From contig NC_079166.1 of assembly GCF_947568905.1 (NCBI RefSeq), positions 75,268,001 through 75,332,000 on the forward strand: a DNA stretch of 64,000 bases, in the 5' to 3' direction. This document shows positions 50,359-62,050 of this stretch, in pieces (within the stretch, counting starts at the first letter, position 1; the number at the start of each line of letters is the position of its first letter). The notes under the pieces were generated by a model that was not told the DNA's origin, made no database searches, and worked only from the letters and a program-made list of their open reading frames with translations. The position numbers were made by a program, and so were the translations under genes. Source of the DNA: Ostrea edulis (lineage: Eukaryota).

Positions 50359-50852
50359 TAGGGCTGAAACAATTAATCGCGGTTCACTCAAACCGCGATT
50401 CACGGCATTCGGTTCAACATCTTCACATTTCGATTCGGTTCATGTTTACATTTTTTTCCGGAAATAAAGAATTCAACACGGATTTGGTTTTTTACCTTAC
50501 AATTTAATGGCGGACGCTAACTCGGGAATCGTGATTAAAAACTCTCCGGCAAATCTAAGGTCCCCTGTATGGAAACATTTTGGTTTTAAAGAGAACGTAA
50601 CTGCGGCAGTATGTAGAATTTGTTTCACAGAAATAAATTATCAATGCTCTTGGCAATTTTATAGCAAGTGATATAATAAAGACCATATTCTGTTGTTGAA
50701 AACGATGATTTTCAGGGGGAAAATGAAATAAAAACATGAAAGTTGTGTATTTTTTATTGTTTATTAGAGTTTTTGACAACTATTGAATTGAATAAAAAAT
50801 AATCGAATTGTGGCCTAAGAATCGAAAATTGAACCGAATCGTTTCAGCCCTA
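50359..50852 (+). mobile_element. Internally deleted hAT transposon with a BED-finger remnant
   Basis: TIR TAGGGCTGAAAC / GTTTCAGCCCTA; perfect 8-bp TSD TACTGAAC (50351-50358, 50853-50860); ORF 50507-50671 ..RSPVWKHFGF..AVCRICF.. Confidence 0.88.
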
Positions 50853-51771
50853 TACTGAACTTTTGTCGGACATTTACAATTTTTGTCAGTTATGATTAAA
50901 TGATTACCGAATCCTTGTCTTGAAAGTTAGGTAGACAAAGCAGACCAGTTGGTGTCATTGAATTCCCACTTTTGAGTATGGATTCTGCTCCGACTCCCCA
51001 GGTCCAAATATCAGCCCTTTCCCCTCCCAAAAGTTAACATTTTCTTCCCAATTTAACTTGCACTTTTCCCAATAATAAAAATTGGTGAAAAGCATGTTTG
51101 TTAAATCATATAAGTTCAATGTGAATTGTTTATGTATGACATGACAAAAACGTATCAATTCTACATTACTTAGAAAGAATAGTAAAAAAAAATTAAAAGT
51201 TTCAAGAAAAGAAAGTTAAATATGTAAAATGAAAGGAAGAATGACATCAATTCGTGTTTGATTTCTTGTTTGATAAATTTAGCATGTTTACAATGTCTAG
51301 GTTTTCTCAATTTGAACAAAATGTTGACAATTTTTCCCAATTCGAAAGCCACAGGACCCTGTTGAAAAATCACTGATAATGCAGGGGAAAAGAATCAGAG
51401 GAATCTCGGATTATTAGATTAGTGAAATACTTGCCCCCCAAAACAGTTTATACACTATTTAAACCATAAATACTAGAGTAGATCTACTGTACTAGTATCT
51501 AGATTATGGAAGAAAAGGGTTTATTTAGTTAATAGATTCTAGTTTAATATTGAATTCAAGAGCCTATAACTAAAATAAATTGATAATGATATAGCATATT
51601 TAAGGAAAATTTGTCTATCAAAGCTGTAAATGATTGAAAATATCTGAAAGCGTGTCTAAATCTGCACAAGAATCACAACTCAGCTGTAATCATTCTTGAA
51701 GTCCTTGACCTTCCGAGGAAAATAACCGACGTTTCAACCACACTCAAGTGTATGTGAATATATCAACTTAC

Positions 51772-51885
51772 TTTTGAAATAAGATAGCAATTGGAACTAC
51801 ATCACGGAAAATAAACGATGATATCCGACATTAACAGTAATCACTTGATAAATCTCTCAATTCATGCAGTAGAACTCTTCTTTTC
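51772..51885 (-). other. Candidate CNOT2 5'UTR exon
   Basis: Minus-strand acceptor ttttttcgtacctttag and donor gtaagt bracket 114 nt. No coding evidence. Confidence 0.35.
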
Positions 51886-51972
51886 CTAAAGGTACGAAAA
51901 AAATAAGTAAATGTTAAAACCGAGTACGATTTGATGATCCGGATTGTGATATTAATTCACGGGCATTTGCTC

Positions 51973-52375
51973 CAGTGGCGGATTTAAGGGGGGGGGGGGC
52001 TAAAATCTTCAAATTTAAGGTAAATCGTTGTATCTTGTTCAGAAAAATGTATTAAATGATATAAGAAGCAATAATTTCTTCCACTCACTGAGAAATAAAT
52101 GACAAAATCTTTTGATTTCTTGAATTACTTTGATGGGATAACTTAATTTTTTCCAAAAACCCATAATATTTGCGTCATTTCATTAATTTCATCTTATAAA
52201 AAATGAGAGAAAATAGTATATATGACTAAATAGGAGACATATTTCAAGCCCTATAAAATCTGTAAAATCCAGGAGCTTTGCTCTGGACCCACTGGGGGCC
52301 TAAAGGCGCCCCCAGACCCCCTGCCTCATACCCCCCCCCCCCCCCCTGTAACTGCAATTCCTGGATCCGCCCTTG
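51973..52375. mobile_element. MITE with CAGTGGCGGAT / ATCCGCCCTTG termini and poly-G/poly-C subtermini
   Basis: Imperfect TIRs visible. Single ends of similar elements occur at about 23055 and 59165. Confidence 0.6.
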
Positions 52376-52733
52376 AGCTCCGCTGTACATTAAGAAAAAA
52401 AATAATGTTAGACTTACATTATATGATCTTGAATATAGATTTTTTTCTCTTTTTATCATCTCTATACTAATTTAAATTCTTGCAGTTCTAAAATAACCTA
52501 AAAGAGAAGGGAAAACTGCACCTTTATGTTTCAGACACATTATCGGTTAATATGACTTGTAACATGCATTACTTTCTGGAGGTTAACAAAACACAATCAC
52601 AGAAAGTGAACAAAACAGGTTCCAAGGATCGCGGACAGATTGTTAAGTTCACTGACTGGGTATCCGTGAATTTTGAAGAATTTATAATAAAAAAAAACAA
52701 AAAAAAACAAGGATTATACATTTCCGTGTAAAA

Positions 52734-52871
52734 NNNNNNNNNNNNNNNNNNNNNNNNNNNNNNNNNNNNNNNNNNNNNNNNNNNNNNNNNNNNNNNNNNN
52801 NNNNNNNNNNNNNNNNNNNNNNNNNNNNNNNNNNNNNNNNNNNNNNNNNNNNNNNNNNNNNNNNNNNNNNN
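52734..52871. other. Assembly gap (138 N)
   Basis: Run of N. Confidence 1.
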
Positions 52872-53008
52872 CGACAAAATTAAAATAAAGGAGCGGATTA
52901 AGGAGCTGATTTTAATCAGATTGACTTTTTCCCGTAATCCGTGATTTTCCAGACCCGTGACTGTCCGTGTTTTGCAAACCGCGATTCTCTCCATACGTAA
53001 CAATGGGA

Positions 53009-53016
53009 TGACGTCA
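53009..53016. promoter_or_regulatory. Perfect CRE palindrome TGACGTCA in the putative promoter of unknown gene copy A
   Basis: About 60 bp upstream of a gcgca|gtgagt donor (non-coding exon 1 ending at 53075). A half-site taacgtca follows. Conserved in copy B. Confidence 0.55.
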
Positions 53017-53332
53017 TACTAGTCTAACGTCACATTTCCTCTGTTGCTACAACAAGGTGTATCTGGCAAAGCGCAGTGAGTAGACTTTTCTCCTTTTAAA
53101 AATTGTGTATCACACGAATTTAAAGCTCGGGGATCCAGACCGCATTATTTGAAGTTAAGTCTGTGATTTCCTACTTTTGTTCACTTAGTGCCAAATTTAA
53201 CAGCTAACTCTATTGATATGGAAGATACTGCAATTGTTTGTCTGTGTACATGTGTTTGTGAGAGGGGTGTTCTGCAACTAAATTCATTTTTTCCATCATT
53301 TTAGATCTGAAACTGATTGAATTAACATTGAA

Positions 53333-55493
53333 ATGGACTCAACCATTTTTGACATCGCTGCCGATAACAAACAGGAGATGGTAAGAACTATACTTCTGGA
53401 ATAAATGTTTTTCTTCTTATTAATATTTATTATCATATTAAAATGGATATTATTTTCTAATTGATGTATTGATGAATTATTACAGAGTGAGTTTGTTGGG
53501 CGGAAGAAGATCCGTAAAACGATCCAAAGAATTGAAATCATCAAAGAAAAGTACGCAGGCGTCAACGTAAGTTTTAGACGCTCGGTGGGTAAACTGTGCA
53601 GTGTGTTATTATGAAGTGAAATTGAATTGCAGATTCTGTATGTAAATCTCTATTTCCAGATGTTTCTGCCACCTTGGGCGACAGACGCCTATTTTCAATC
53701 CCTTCACAAACAGGAGACAAAGGTACACCACCAGTTAATCAGATTTGAACTAATCTGCATGTTCATCTACAATTTTAGAAAGAAAGAAAAAATCTTTAAC
53801 ATTTCTTTTTATTCCTGAAGGCTGACGTTTTGCTTTTTCTTTGATCCACACGTTAACAACGTTAGTGATACAGAATTAGTACTGTAAAATTATAGCAATT
53901 TAACACTATAATGTTCTATCAGCAATGTAATACTAGTAATTTACATTAGTCATGCAATGTTAGTGATATAACTTTAGTAATCATATACATGTATTATAAG
54001 TATTATAACATAGCTGGCAATGTTAAATGTACATTAGTAATGTAATGCAAATGAAGAGGTCAGCCGGCTTCGATCGCCGGTGGCCAGATAGCCCAATATG
54101 GAAGACCACCTGACTAAATATTCAGGGGGGGCGGAGTTCGAATCTCGGTCTGGTCCGTTGTATTTTCTCCCTTCCTGATACACAATACTAAGTAGAACAG
54201 TGACACTAGACAGCATGCGTTTTAATCTGAAATAAGTTTCATTTCTGTTACAGAACTTCCACGTGCAGGAAAACATACCCGAGGATGACACTGAAGATGA
54301 CACTGAAGATAACAATGGAGATGACAGTGAAGAGCCTCTGCCATGGAAGCTATTCATGTTTAACATCGACACTTTTAAGATCCCGATGCAGGTATTTTTA
54401 TTATTCGTTGCATTTGTGATACGAGTGACACCACGATTGTCATTTAGGGTGTTAAGGATATGTATTGTTACTTGTTTCCCCAACATGTTGCATCCACATG
54501 CAGTTTGCAGTCTATGTAACCTGTAGTTAATGTTGTAAACTTTCTTTCTTTTTTGAATTTCCTTCTTTATAAACTGTCTGACTGTTATGCCCTCTGGTCC
54601 CAAAATTGGAATAAACTTATCTTATCTTATGTATTATAATAAGCTGCTTTTTATAAGGAGACAGAAAAGGACACTGCTGATCATGAAGAACTGGAAGACA
54701 ACACAGAACCGTCAATGTCACAAAGTTCTCCTGTCACCAATGCACATGTAGAACTGGTAAATATGCTTACAAATGACATTAATTTTTATAACTTGAATTA
54801 ACGTAAACATTTCTAGGAATTCATAAACGTTAAATTCTATATATGAAAGTTCGGGAGTAGCACTGTAGGGATAATTTGTAATGCATTATCTAAGTTGTAC
54901 AAAGTCGGGACATTGGTCCTTGGTACATTTATATGAAACTCTGTCAGGAAAAAGAACACAAAGTACATCCATATAATGTCTTGCAATACACCGGAATATC
55001 GATATTGTATTGTCTAGCCCTAACAGATCACAGTTTGCTTTGAGATATAACATTGTAATGTAGGCATATTCTTGATGGGTCATGACTTTGTAAATGCAGA
55101 GGATATAAATACAAACCGTTCCAGATATTGGGAGTGTATTGTACATGTGTCTGTCACAAAAAGGTGTGCCCAGTATTACTCGAGTACTGGACGAAGTAAA
55201 AAAAAAAAGAAAAAAAAAAAAAAGATTACTGTAAAAGTTTTGCTGAAGAGACAACATATTGTTCATGCCTGGATTGTAAGATGTGCAGAGCACTCCGAGT
55301 CGGAGTTGAATATGCATTGAGTATTTCTCGAGTTGAGTGTACGCCAGTGCTGTGGGAGGATATTGGTCTGTTGGGATTTAGGACAGCTCTATATGTCATG
55401 AATTTACAACAAAGATCGTATAAATTACAGGTGCCTAAACCAAAGAAGCACGGACTGCGACGAAGACTGTTGAAGTTTCTCGGAATGAAATGA
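53333..55493 (+). CDS. Unrecognised small acidic protein gene, copy A (163 aa core, up to 188 aa with micro-exons)
   Basis: Exons 53333-53380, 53486-53566, 53660-53722, 54254-54391, 54658-54756 and a probable last exon 55431-55493. All are bounded by AG/GT and are multiples of 3. Reads MDSTIFDIAADNKQEM|SEFVGRKKIRK..|MFLPPWATDAYF..|NFHVQENIPEDD..PLPWKLFMFNIDTFKIPMQ|ETEKD..|VPKPKKHGLRRRLLKFLGMK*. In-frame TGA upstream of the ATG. Boundaries conserved in copy B. No family recognised. Confidence 0.68.
54075..54185 (+). mobile_element. tRNA-derived SINE in an intron (shared with copy B at about 62755-62860)
   Basis: Degenerate A box, B box GAGTTCGAATCTC, tail tggtccgttgtattttctcccttcctgatacac. 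Confidence 0.65.
54467..54627 (+). mobile_element. 5'-truncated non-LTR retrotransposon tail, present only in copy A
   Basis: AATAAA plus (CTTAT)n tail; 8-bp TSD TATGTATT (54459-54466, 54628-54635). Copy B has the empty site at about 63124-63131. Confidence 0.85.
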
Positions 55494-55699
55494 AATACTC
55501 GTGAATTAACATGGATACAATACAAATCTTTTCTAAATGTTCTGTGTTATATCTAAAACGTCTCGAAATAATGTTCTCAGTTAGATTAAATATGTTAACG
55601 TCATCAACGTGTTTTCTTGTTTTTTGTTTGTTTTGCTGTTTTTGTTCGGGGGGGGGGGGTGGGTGGGTGGGGGGTATTTTTGAACTTCCTTATAATTGC

Positions 55700-56210
55700 A
55701 CTAAGCCATGCTTGCAATTGGTCAGCGTCCGTCGTTGTCCATTAATGATTGAGCATTCTTAACTTTGTTCTTGATAGCTACAAGTACTGATATTCCAATT
55801 CTTTTGATTTGGTATGAAGCATCTTGGACATGGGGGAATGAATTGTAGATTTCAGGACTCCTGCATTCTGAGGCCTAAGAGCGGGGCCAAAACTGCCACA
55901 ATTGACCAATTTTCAATATCTTCTCTACAACCTCACATTTATAAGAAAAACTTAATGCTAGTTATGTAGGAGAGGAAGACCAAGCAGCTAAAAAAAATTG
56001 ACTGGAGTTCCTCTTCTACGTAACTAGCATTTAGTTTTCCTTACAGATGTGCGGTTGTAAAGAGGAGTTTTGAAAATTGGTCAATTTTCGCAGTTATAGC
56101 CCCGCTCTTAAGCCTTCAGTAGTCCTGAAATTTACAATTAATGTCCCCATGTCCAAAAGATGAGCACTTCATACCAAATTTAAAAGAATTGGAACATTAC
56201 TACCAGTAGC
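55700..56210. mobile_element. Two head-to-head HINE/satellite-monomer fragments forming a fold-back
   Basis: gcaattggtcagcgtccgtcgt start, typical of these elements in reverse. Inverted arms at 55876-55977 and 56008-56110. Confidence 0.6.
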
Positions 56211-56669
56211 TATCAAGAGTACTTTTAGTTTATTTTTTTACACACAATATATTTATAACTATAAAAAGTGCATGTGTCATACATAAAGCACATGTTCACC
56301 AAAAATGTCGGAATTTGTATGCTTACACATGCAGAAGATCTGAACTTCAAACAATCTATAGTATGTTTTTACTTGAATAGTATGCGGTATATCTATTCAT
56401 TGTGAACATTTGTAATTTTATTTACAAACGTATGCTGCACAAAAACTGTTTATTGCCTATTTTCAAAATATCTTATATTTTCAAAATGCATAGATTTGAC
56501 ATAAACAGACAAATTTACATATAACGAAATCTACATTCATAAATATGCAAGACATACATGTACATTCATTCAAAAAATAAATTTCAGTTTTGAAAATACA
56601 AATTTACACTATTAGCGCTTCATGAGAAGTACGCCTGCGTGAAGCAATTCAGTCCATACCCTTATATTT

Positions 56670-56920
56670 TTAGTAACCACTCAAAATTATGGCCAAGGTT
56701 AAAAAAATTAAAAGTAGGTCAAATTTTAAGGTGAAGATCACAAAGTCAAACATATTTGCGCGTAAAGAAAGGTATTGTCACAAGGAATACACAATTGTGA
56801 AATGTGAAAGCCCTATCAACATTCATTCAAAAGTTATGGTTAAAGTTTTTGCTGACAAACAGACGGACGGACTAAAAAGTATATGCGTCCCGAGTCTCCG
56901 ATTATGGGGGCATCAAAATG
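56670..56920 (+). mobile_element. Pearl/HINE-like repeat (aagtaggtcaaa..aaggtca core, acagacggacggac microsatellite, terminal hairpin)
   Basis: Similar fragments at about 43260-43450 and, reversed, about 45130-45480. Confidence 0.55.
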
Positions 56921-57445
56921 AAATTAAACATTTGCTTTTTAAAAGCATTATTTTGTATTGGTATTTAGAATTTTTCTGGGGGGAAAGGGGGGGGGGGTTG
57001 TGTAGATAAGAGTGCACTTTTAATTTTGAATCGCTATCAACAATAATTATATATATTCATGTTTCAATAATTACAATAAAACCTAAGGAAAATAATGTTT
57101 TGCTTTTTCATTTCACTAATGAACAGAATTTTCTAAAGTACTTCATACATCGTGCAATCTGAACTCTCATAATTTGTACCGTGTACACTACGTTGCATTA
57201 TTCTAATTAAATGGGCGGGGGGGGGGGGGGTGTTGGTATTAAAAAGTGATTTGTAGGTCTGTTTCATTAAATATATTGTATACAAGTGAAGTGTAGATGA
57301 ATACCTGTGTTTGTACTCGAGTCACTATGATACAAATACATTATTCATTGATTACATAGAGGCTTTTCTTCACTGATTAAAACAACTAATATGACGTCAT
57401 AATTCAAACGACTTTAGGCGATTCTCACAATCTCACAATACACTC

Positions 57446-57447
57446 AC

Positions 57448-57513
<66 letters not shown>
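57446..57513. repeat. (GA)n microsatellite followed by poly-G
   Basis: Directly visible. Confidence 0.97.
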
Positions 57514-57524
<11 letters not shown>

Positions 57525-57750
57525 GGGCAGTCAGCCGTATACACTGGGTTCGGAATTACACCAACCTGTTGCATTTGATTTGAAAATTTTATCAACTGTG
57601 TGGTCAGGTGTCTGAACTGAATGGGAAAAAATGAAATGAATTTTTAAAAACTAAATGTAACCATAAATTATAAACAAATACGTCAAGATAAGTACATACA
57701 TGTATATTTGATTTCTCTTCTACATCCTTAGGATGTGTAACGCGTTCATT

Positions 57751-57824
57751 CCACAGCCACTTGTTTCATACATGAGTCCCCCTCCTCAAAAGGAGAGGGG
57801 GATGTATGAAACAAGTGCCTGTGG
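57751..57824. mobile_element. 74-bp hairpin mini-element with a 6-bp flanking duplication
   Basis: ccacagccacttgtttcatacat / atgtatgaaacaagtgcctgtgg (23 bp, 1 mismatch); TTCATT on both sides. Confidence 0.7.
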
Positions 57825-58029
57825 TTCATTCAGGGAAAACTGTCACGTAGTTGAGTTTGATTTTGACATAAATAAGTAAACTGAAATTGAAAAACACATA
57901 CACAATAAATCAGAAATATACTTATACATAATGTACAAAGGGATGTCAATGAGTATAACACCCTTATCTTTTTGTTGTTGATGAAAAGGTAGATTAAAGC
58001 GGCTATAAATGGAACATGTCAAGACCGGG

Positions 58030-58250
58030 ACCGGTGTTATATAGTAGCCTTTCCCCCTAGCCATCTTTCCCCCTGGAAAAATGGCTATATAGTAGTTCCC
58101 CCCCCCCGGAAAAATGGCTATATAGTAGATCTCCCCCCCCCCCCCCACGGAAATGTGGCTATATAGTAGGATTTCCCCCTTTTATAGCCAGATTATCCCC
58201 CTAGGAAAACCTACTACACATGTATATAGTAGATCCCCCCCTCCTCTTTT
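58030..58250. repeat. tatagtag/tttccccc-rich repeat; reversed relative at about 60120-60246
   Basis: ccggtgttatatagtagcctttcccc and ggggaaaggctac..ggctactatacaacaccgg. Confidence 0.6.
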
Positions 58251-61200
58251 CATTCCGGTTACGTTTACAGCGGACCATTCCCATACATATTTTTTCCATT
58301 CTGAAATTAATCCTTTTCTGGCTATTCATTTCTTTTATTTTTATCCTAAATGGAGAGTTAATTTCCGAATTCCCTTGATAGGATTTTTTTTTTTGGAAAT
58401 ATTTATTATTTAACCAAACATTTCATTCAGTCGAATGTTATGTAAAACAATTATATATTTAGAATGTAAAATCAGAATATTTCGTACTTGTTAAACAGCA
58501 CCTATTTAGGCAACTCAGAATTTCTTAGTTAAACAAATAAGTATTTATCGTAGCGAGAAATCAAAATTGTTTCTCTCCATTAGATTAACACAAAAGCTTT
58601 TCATACAGATAGTGGAGTAAAAATTAATTTCTACAACTCTGTTGATTGTCTACCCCTGATTCCAAATTGCTGCTACTAAGGAATCAACTCGCTTTCCCGC
58701 TAGACATGATTCTTAACACTTCATTGGGAGAAATTGAGATTTTTCAATTGAATTAGAGGTTTGTGAGAGGAACACCCCACCCCACCCTCCAACTGTTCTC
58801 GGGTCATTGGTGGATTGATAGATGTGAACATGTTATCGATATACTCGTAATTACTCCAGGCGGTGTAACTCCCAGCTGTACTATCAGTAATCAGTACTTT
58901 GATTTATATATATTCGTTTACAAAATTTCTCCAAAGATGAATTTATTTTGATGGAAAATATTTGATTTTTAACATGCACTCCTAAAACTTTTTAGCTCAC
59001 CTGAGCTGAAAGCTTAACTATTATTCATTTTGCCATCTCAATTTATTACATATACATGTTCATACATGTATAACTACATGTATCTGCTATCCTAAAAGAT
59101 ACTAGATTGTTTTAAAAATTGAGTTTATATATACCTATAATATTTGGACCCCCTGGAAATATTACCTGGATCCACTCCTGACTAGGTCGTTTCGATTTCG
59201 TTTTGTGGTTTTGCAGTTGCCCTTATGATCAACACATACAAACGAAAAAGCAAAATGACCAAAGTGTACCGAAAAGAACGGCCTCAAAACCATTTTGTTT
59301 CATCTAAAAATTCGAAGTAAACATGTTTTAGACAATAATAATGTATTGTACATTCATCATTTCAAAACATTGAAAATGAATCCTCATGAGAATATAAAAG
59401 GTACGTATAATGATGTACATACAATCTTTTTTTTTTTTACATAATGCCTTTTGTTCTATAGTTCAGACTTTACGTTAGCAATGATTATCAGAAAAACGTT
59501 TTTTCTTTCTTTCTTCTTACTTATAAGTTTTTTCTTAATATATGAACAAATTCTTTGCTAAGAAACACTTCTAATTCACAAACGATGTGTTAAAATAGCG
59601 CAGTAGAAACGCACAGCTTCTTACAACTTGTGTATTCATACCGACCCGCCTCGTAGAGGCCCGTATAATTTGTCCATTAATAATAAAAAAAAAAATCTAA
59701 TAATTTTATGCGCTTTTCATCAGATGTGTTCAAACATGAATGTAATATTAGAGATGTCAATAAATTAAATCAATATTGTACATGTATTCTCTAAATTGCA
59801 CTCGAAAATACTGATATCCTACCCTTGAGCATTTTTTCAATGAGAATGCATCTTTTTTTTTCTTTTTTTTTTTTTTTTTTTTTATAATTTCGTATACTGT
59901 TATATACTTTAAATCTAAGATACATACATGTATCTATATTTGTCTATATTTGAAAATACATGTACATGTATCTATATTCAAGCTATCGGCAACATACACT
60001 TTTCGATACTCAGATCTATGCAATATCAATATTTGTTGTTCTCTAACCAGAGTTCCGTGCGCTCTTCTGAAGCTTGCGTAACGCGCCCTCTGGTGAGAGA
60101 ATGGGGTGGGGGGGGGGGGGGGTAACCCTGCCATGGGGGAAGATCTACTAGATAGTAGTGTTTCCCCCTAGGGGAAAGGCTACCATATAGCCATTTTTCC
60201 GGGGGAAAATCTACTATGTAGGAAAGGCTACTATACAACACCGGCTTTTAGCGTTGTTTTTATTTGTCGATCTCACAGGTCCCGGAGTTTTCACATATTA
60301 TTTTACGAAATAAGAAAATAATATGATCAATCAACTATCAGAATCTAAGATGACGAGAAATGGTACTTAAATATTCTGATATATTCTGTTTTTATTGAAT
60401 AAAAACAATCTGGAACGGGGATCGAAGACTGTCACCGAGACAGGGTTTTAAACTGCATCTAAAATTTGTACTTTTCAGTTAAGTTTCATCGTATTTCAAA
60501 GTTTCGGGGGAGAGAGGGGGGGGGGGGGGGGCAGTCGTAAGTAAAATTGGAAGTTGCTTGTAATAATATGTTAACAAAGAAAAGCAAAAACAACGAAAAC
60601 AAGGTGTTTTGGGCGATCTCCGAAATCCTAATTTGTAGGATAGATAGTCTTCTATCATGTCTGCCTCAAAAAGTTTTTCTCCCAATCTTCACTGTCTTAA
60701 ATCGTGGGAATGGGGTGGGGTGGAGTGTTTTGCTAGTTTCATACTTCGTTCAGTAATTTTCATTCATAACTTTCAAGCTTACATTCTTAAATCTGATTCA
60801 CTCCCGCAACATTTTCGATCATTCTAAACATTTGCTGGCTTTCTTTACCTAAATAAAATGATATCTAATGTTTCTTAGTAATATATAAATTTACAACCTG
60901 CAACTAACAATTTGTGAGTTCTCAAGAATTGATTGTAAACAGAATTGAGGGCTGCCTAAAAAGGGAGCGTGTAACTCATCTGACCGAGTGTAGTTTGGTG
61001 ATGTTGAATGGGTATTAGTATCCTTAATATCGGGCGGTGACCATTCTAACAAGCAATGACGATCAGAAAATGTAGGTAAAAAATTGGAGATTCTGAAATG
61101 CATGTATAATATAGTTAGTTGAAAGTATTTTTTCGAAGCCAAAACATACACATATATATACTGTGCTATCTACAGCCATTTGGTGTAAAAACAAGTGTAT

Positions 61201-61728
61201 TTGCCAAACATATCACCAAATAGTACGATCATTCAATATTTTCAATTAATATATAATGCACATATTTAATAATTTTTCAGCTTTTTGTCTAATTTGTAAT
61301 TTGATTGTCTATAGAATATGATGATTGGAAAGGGAGTAACCCATAATCATCATTTAAAATAAAATGGTGATCTGCTGAGAAAAGATGAATATATTAAAAC
61401 AGTGATCCATCTCATAGAAGGAATACAAAATTAAAGAAGAGTTCCATGAATCACTGAAAGATTGTTAAGTAACAAATTCACGGATACCAAAGTGAATTTT
61501 GAAGAAAACGAATTATGCATTTCTGTGTAAAAATGATTCATACTTTATTTTTCTTATACTTTCCCCCAATCTGATTAAAATTAAGTCGTATAACGACAAC
61601 ATAAAGACAAAGGAGCGGATCGAGGAGCTGATTGTAATCAGATTGACTTTTTCCCGTAATCCGAGAGTTCCGTGATCCGTGACTGTCCGCGTGTTCCAAA
61701 CCGCGATTCTCCATACGTAACAATGGGA

Positions 61729-61736
61729 TGACGTCA
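61729..61736. promoter_or_regulatory. Perfect CRE TGACGTCA upstream of copy B
   Basis: Same context as copy A; exon-1 donor gtgagt at 61801. Confidence 0.55.
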
Positions 61737-62050
61737 TACTAGTGTAACGTCACAACATTTCCTTTGTTGCTACAACAAGGTGTATATCTGGCAAAGCGCA
61801 GTGAGTAGACTTTTCAGTGTATCACACGAAAGTTCGGGAATCCAGACCGCATTATTTGTAAATTAGTCTGCGATCTCCTACTTTTCTTCACTTGGTGTCA
61901 AATTTAACAGCTGACTATTGACATGGGAGATAAAAAACATACTACCATTTTGTGTGTGGGGGGTGTGTGTGGGGGGTGGGGGGGGTGTTCTGCAACTAAA
62001 TTCATTTTTTCCATCATTTTAGATCTGAAACTGATTGAATTAACATTGAA

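Noticed and set aside
52569-53003. 144-aa ORF spanning the gap, and its 61538-61723 counterpart
   Set aside because: Length is inflated by Ns. It is antisense to a promoter-like region with no coding signal.
54034-54603. 189-aa minus-strand ORF
   Set aside because: Antisense shadow of the acidic exon plus SINE and LINE sequence; not preserved in copy B.
55281-55493. 70-aa single-exon ORF
   Set aside because: The 5' part is frameshifted in copy B by a 2-nt insertion. Only the segment after the ttacag acceptor (55431) is conserved in frame.
3190-61990. Many poly-G/poly-C tracts (potential G-quadruplexes)
   Set aside because: Simple homopolymers, mostly within MITE subtermini and common in this type of genome. 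No positional pattern is evident.
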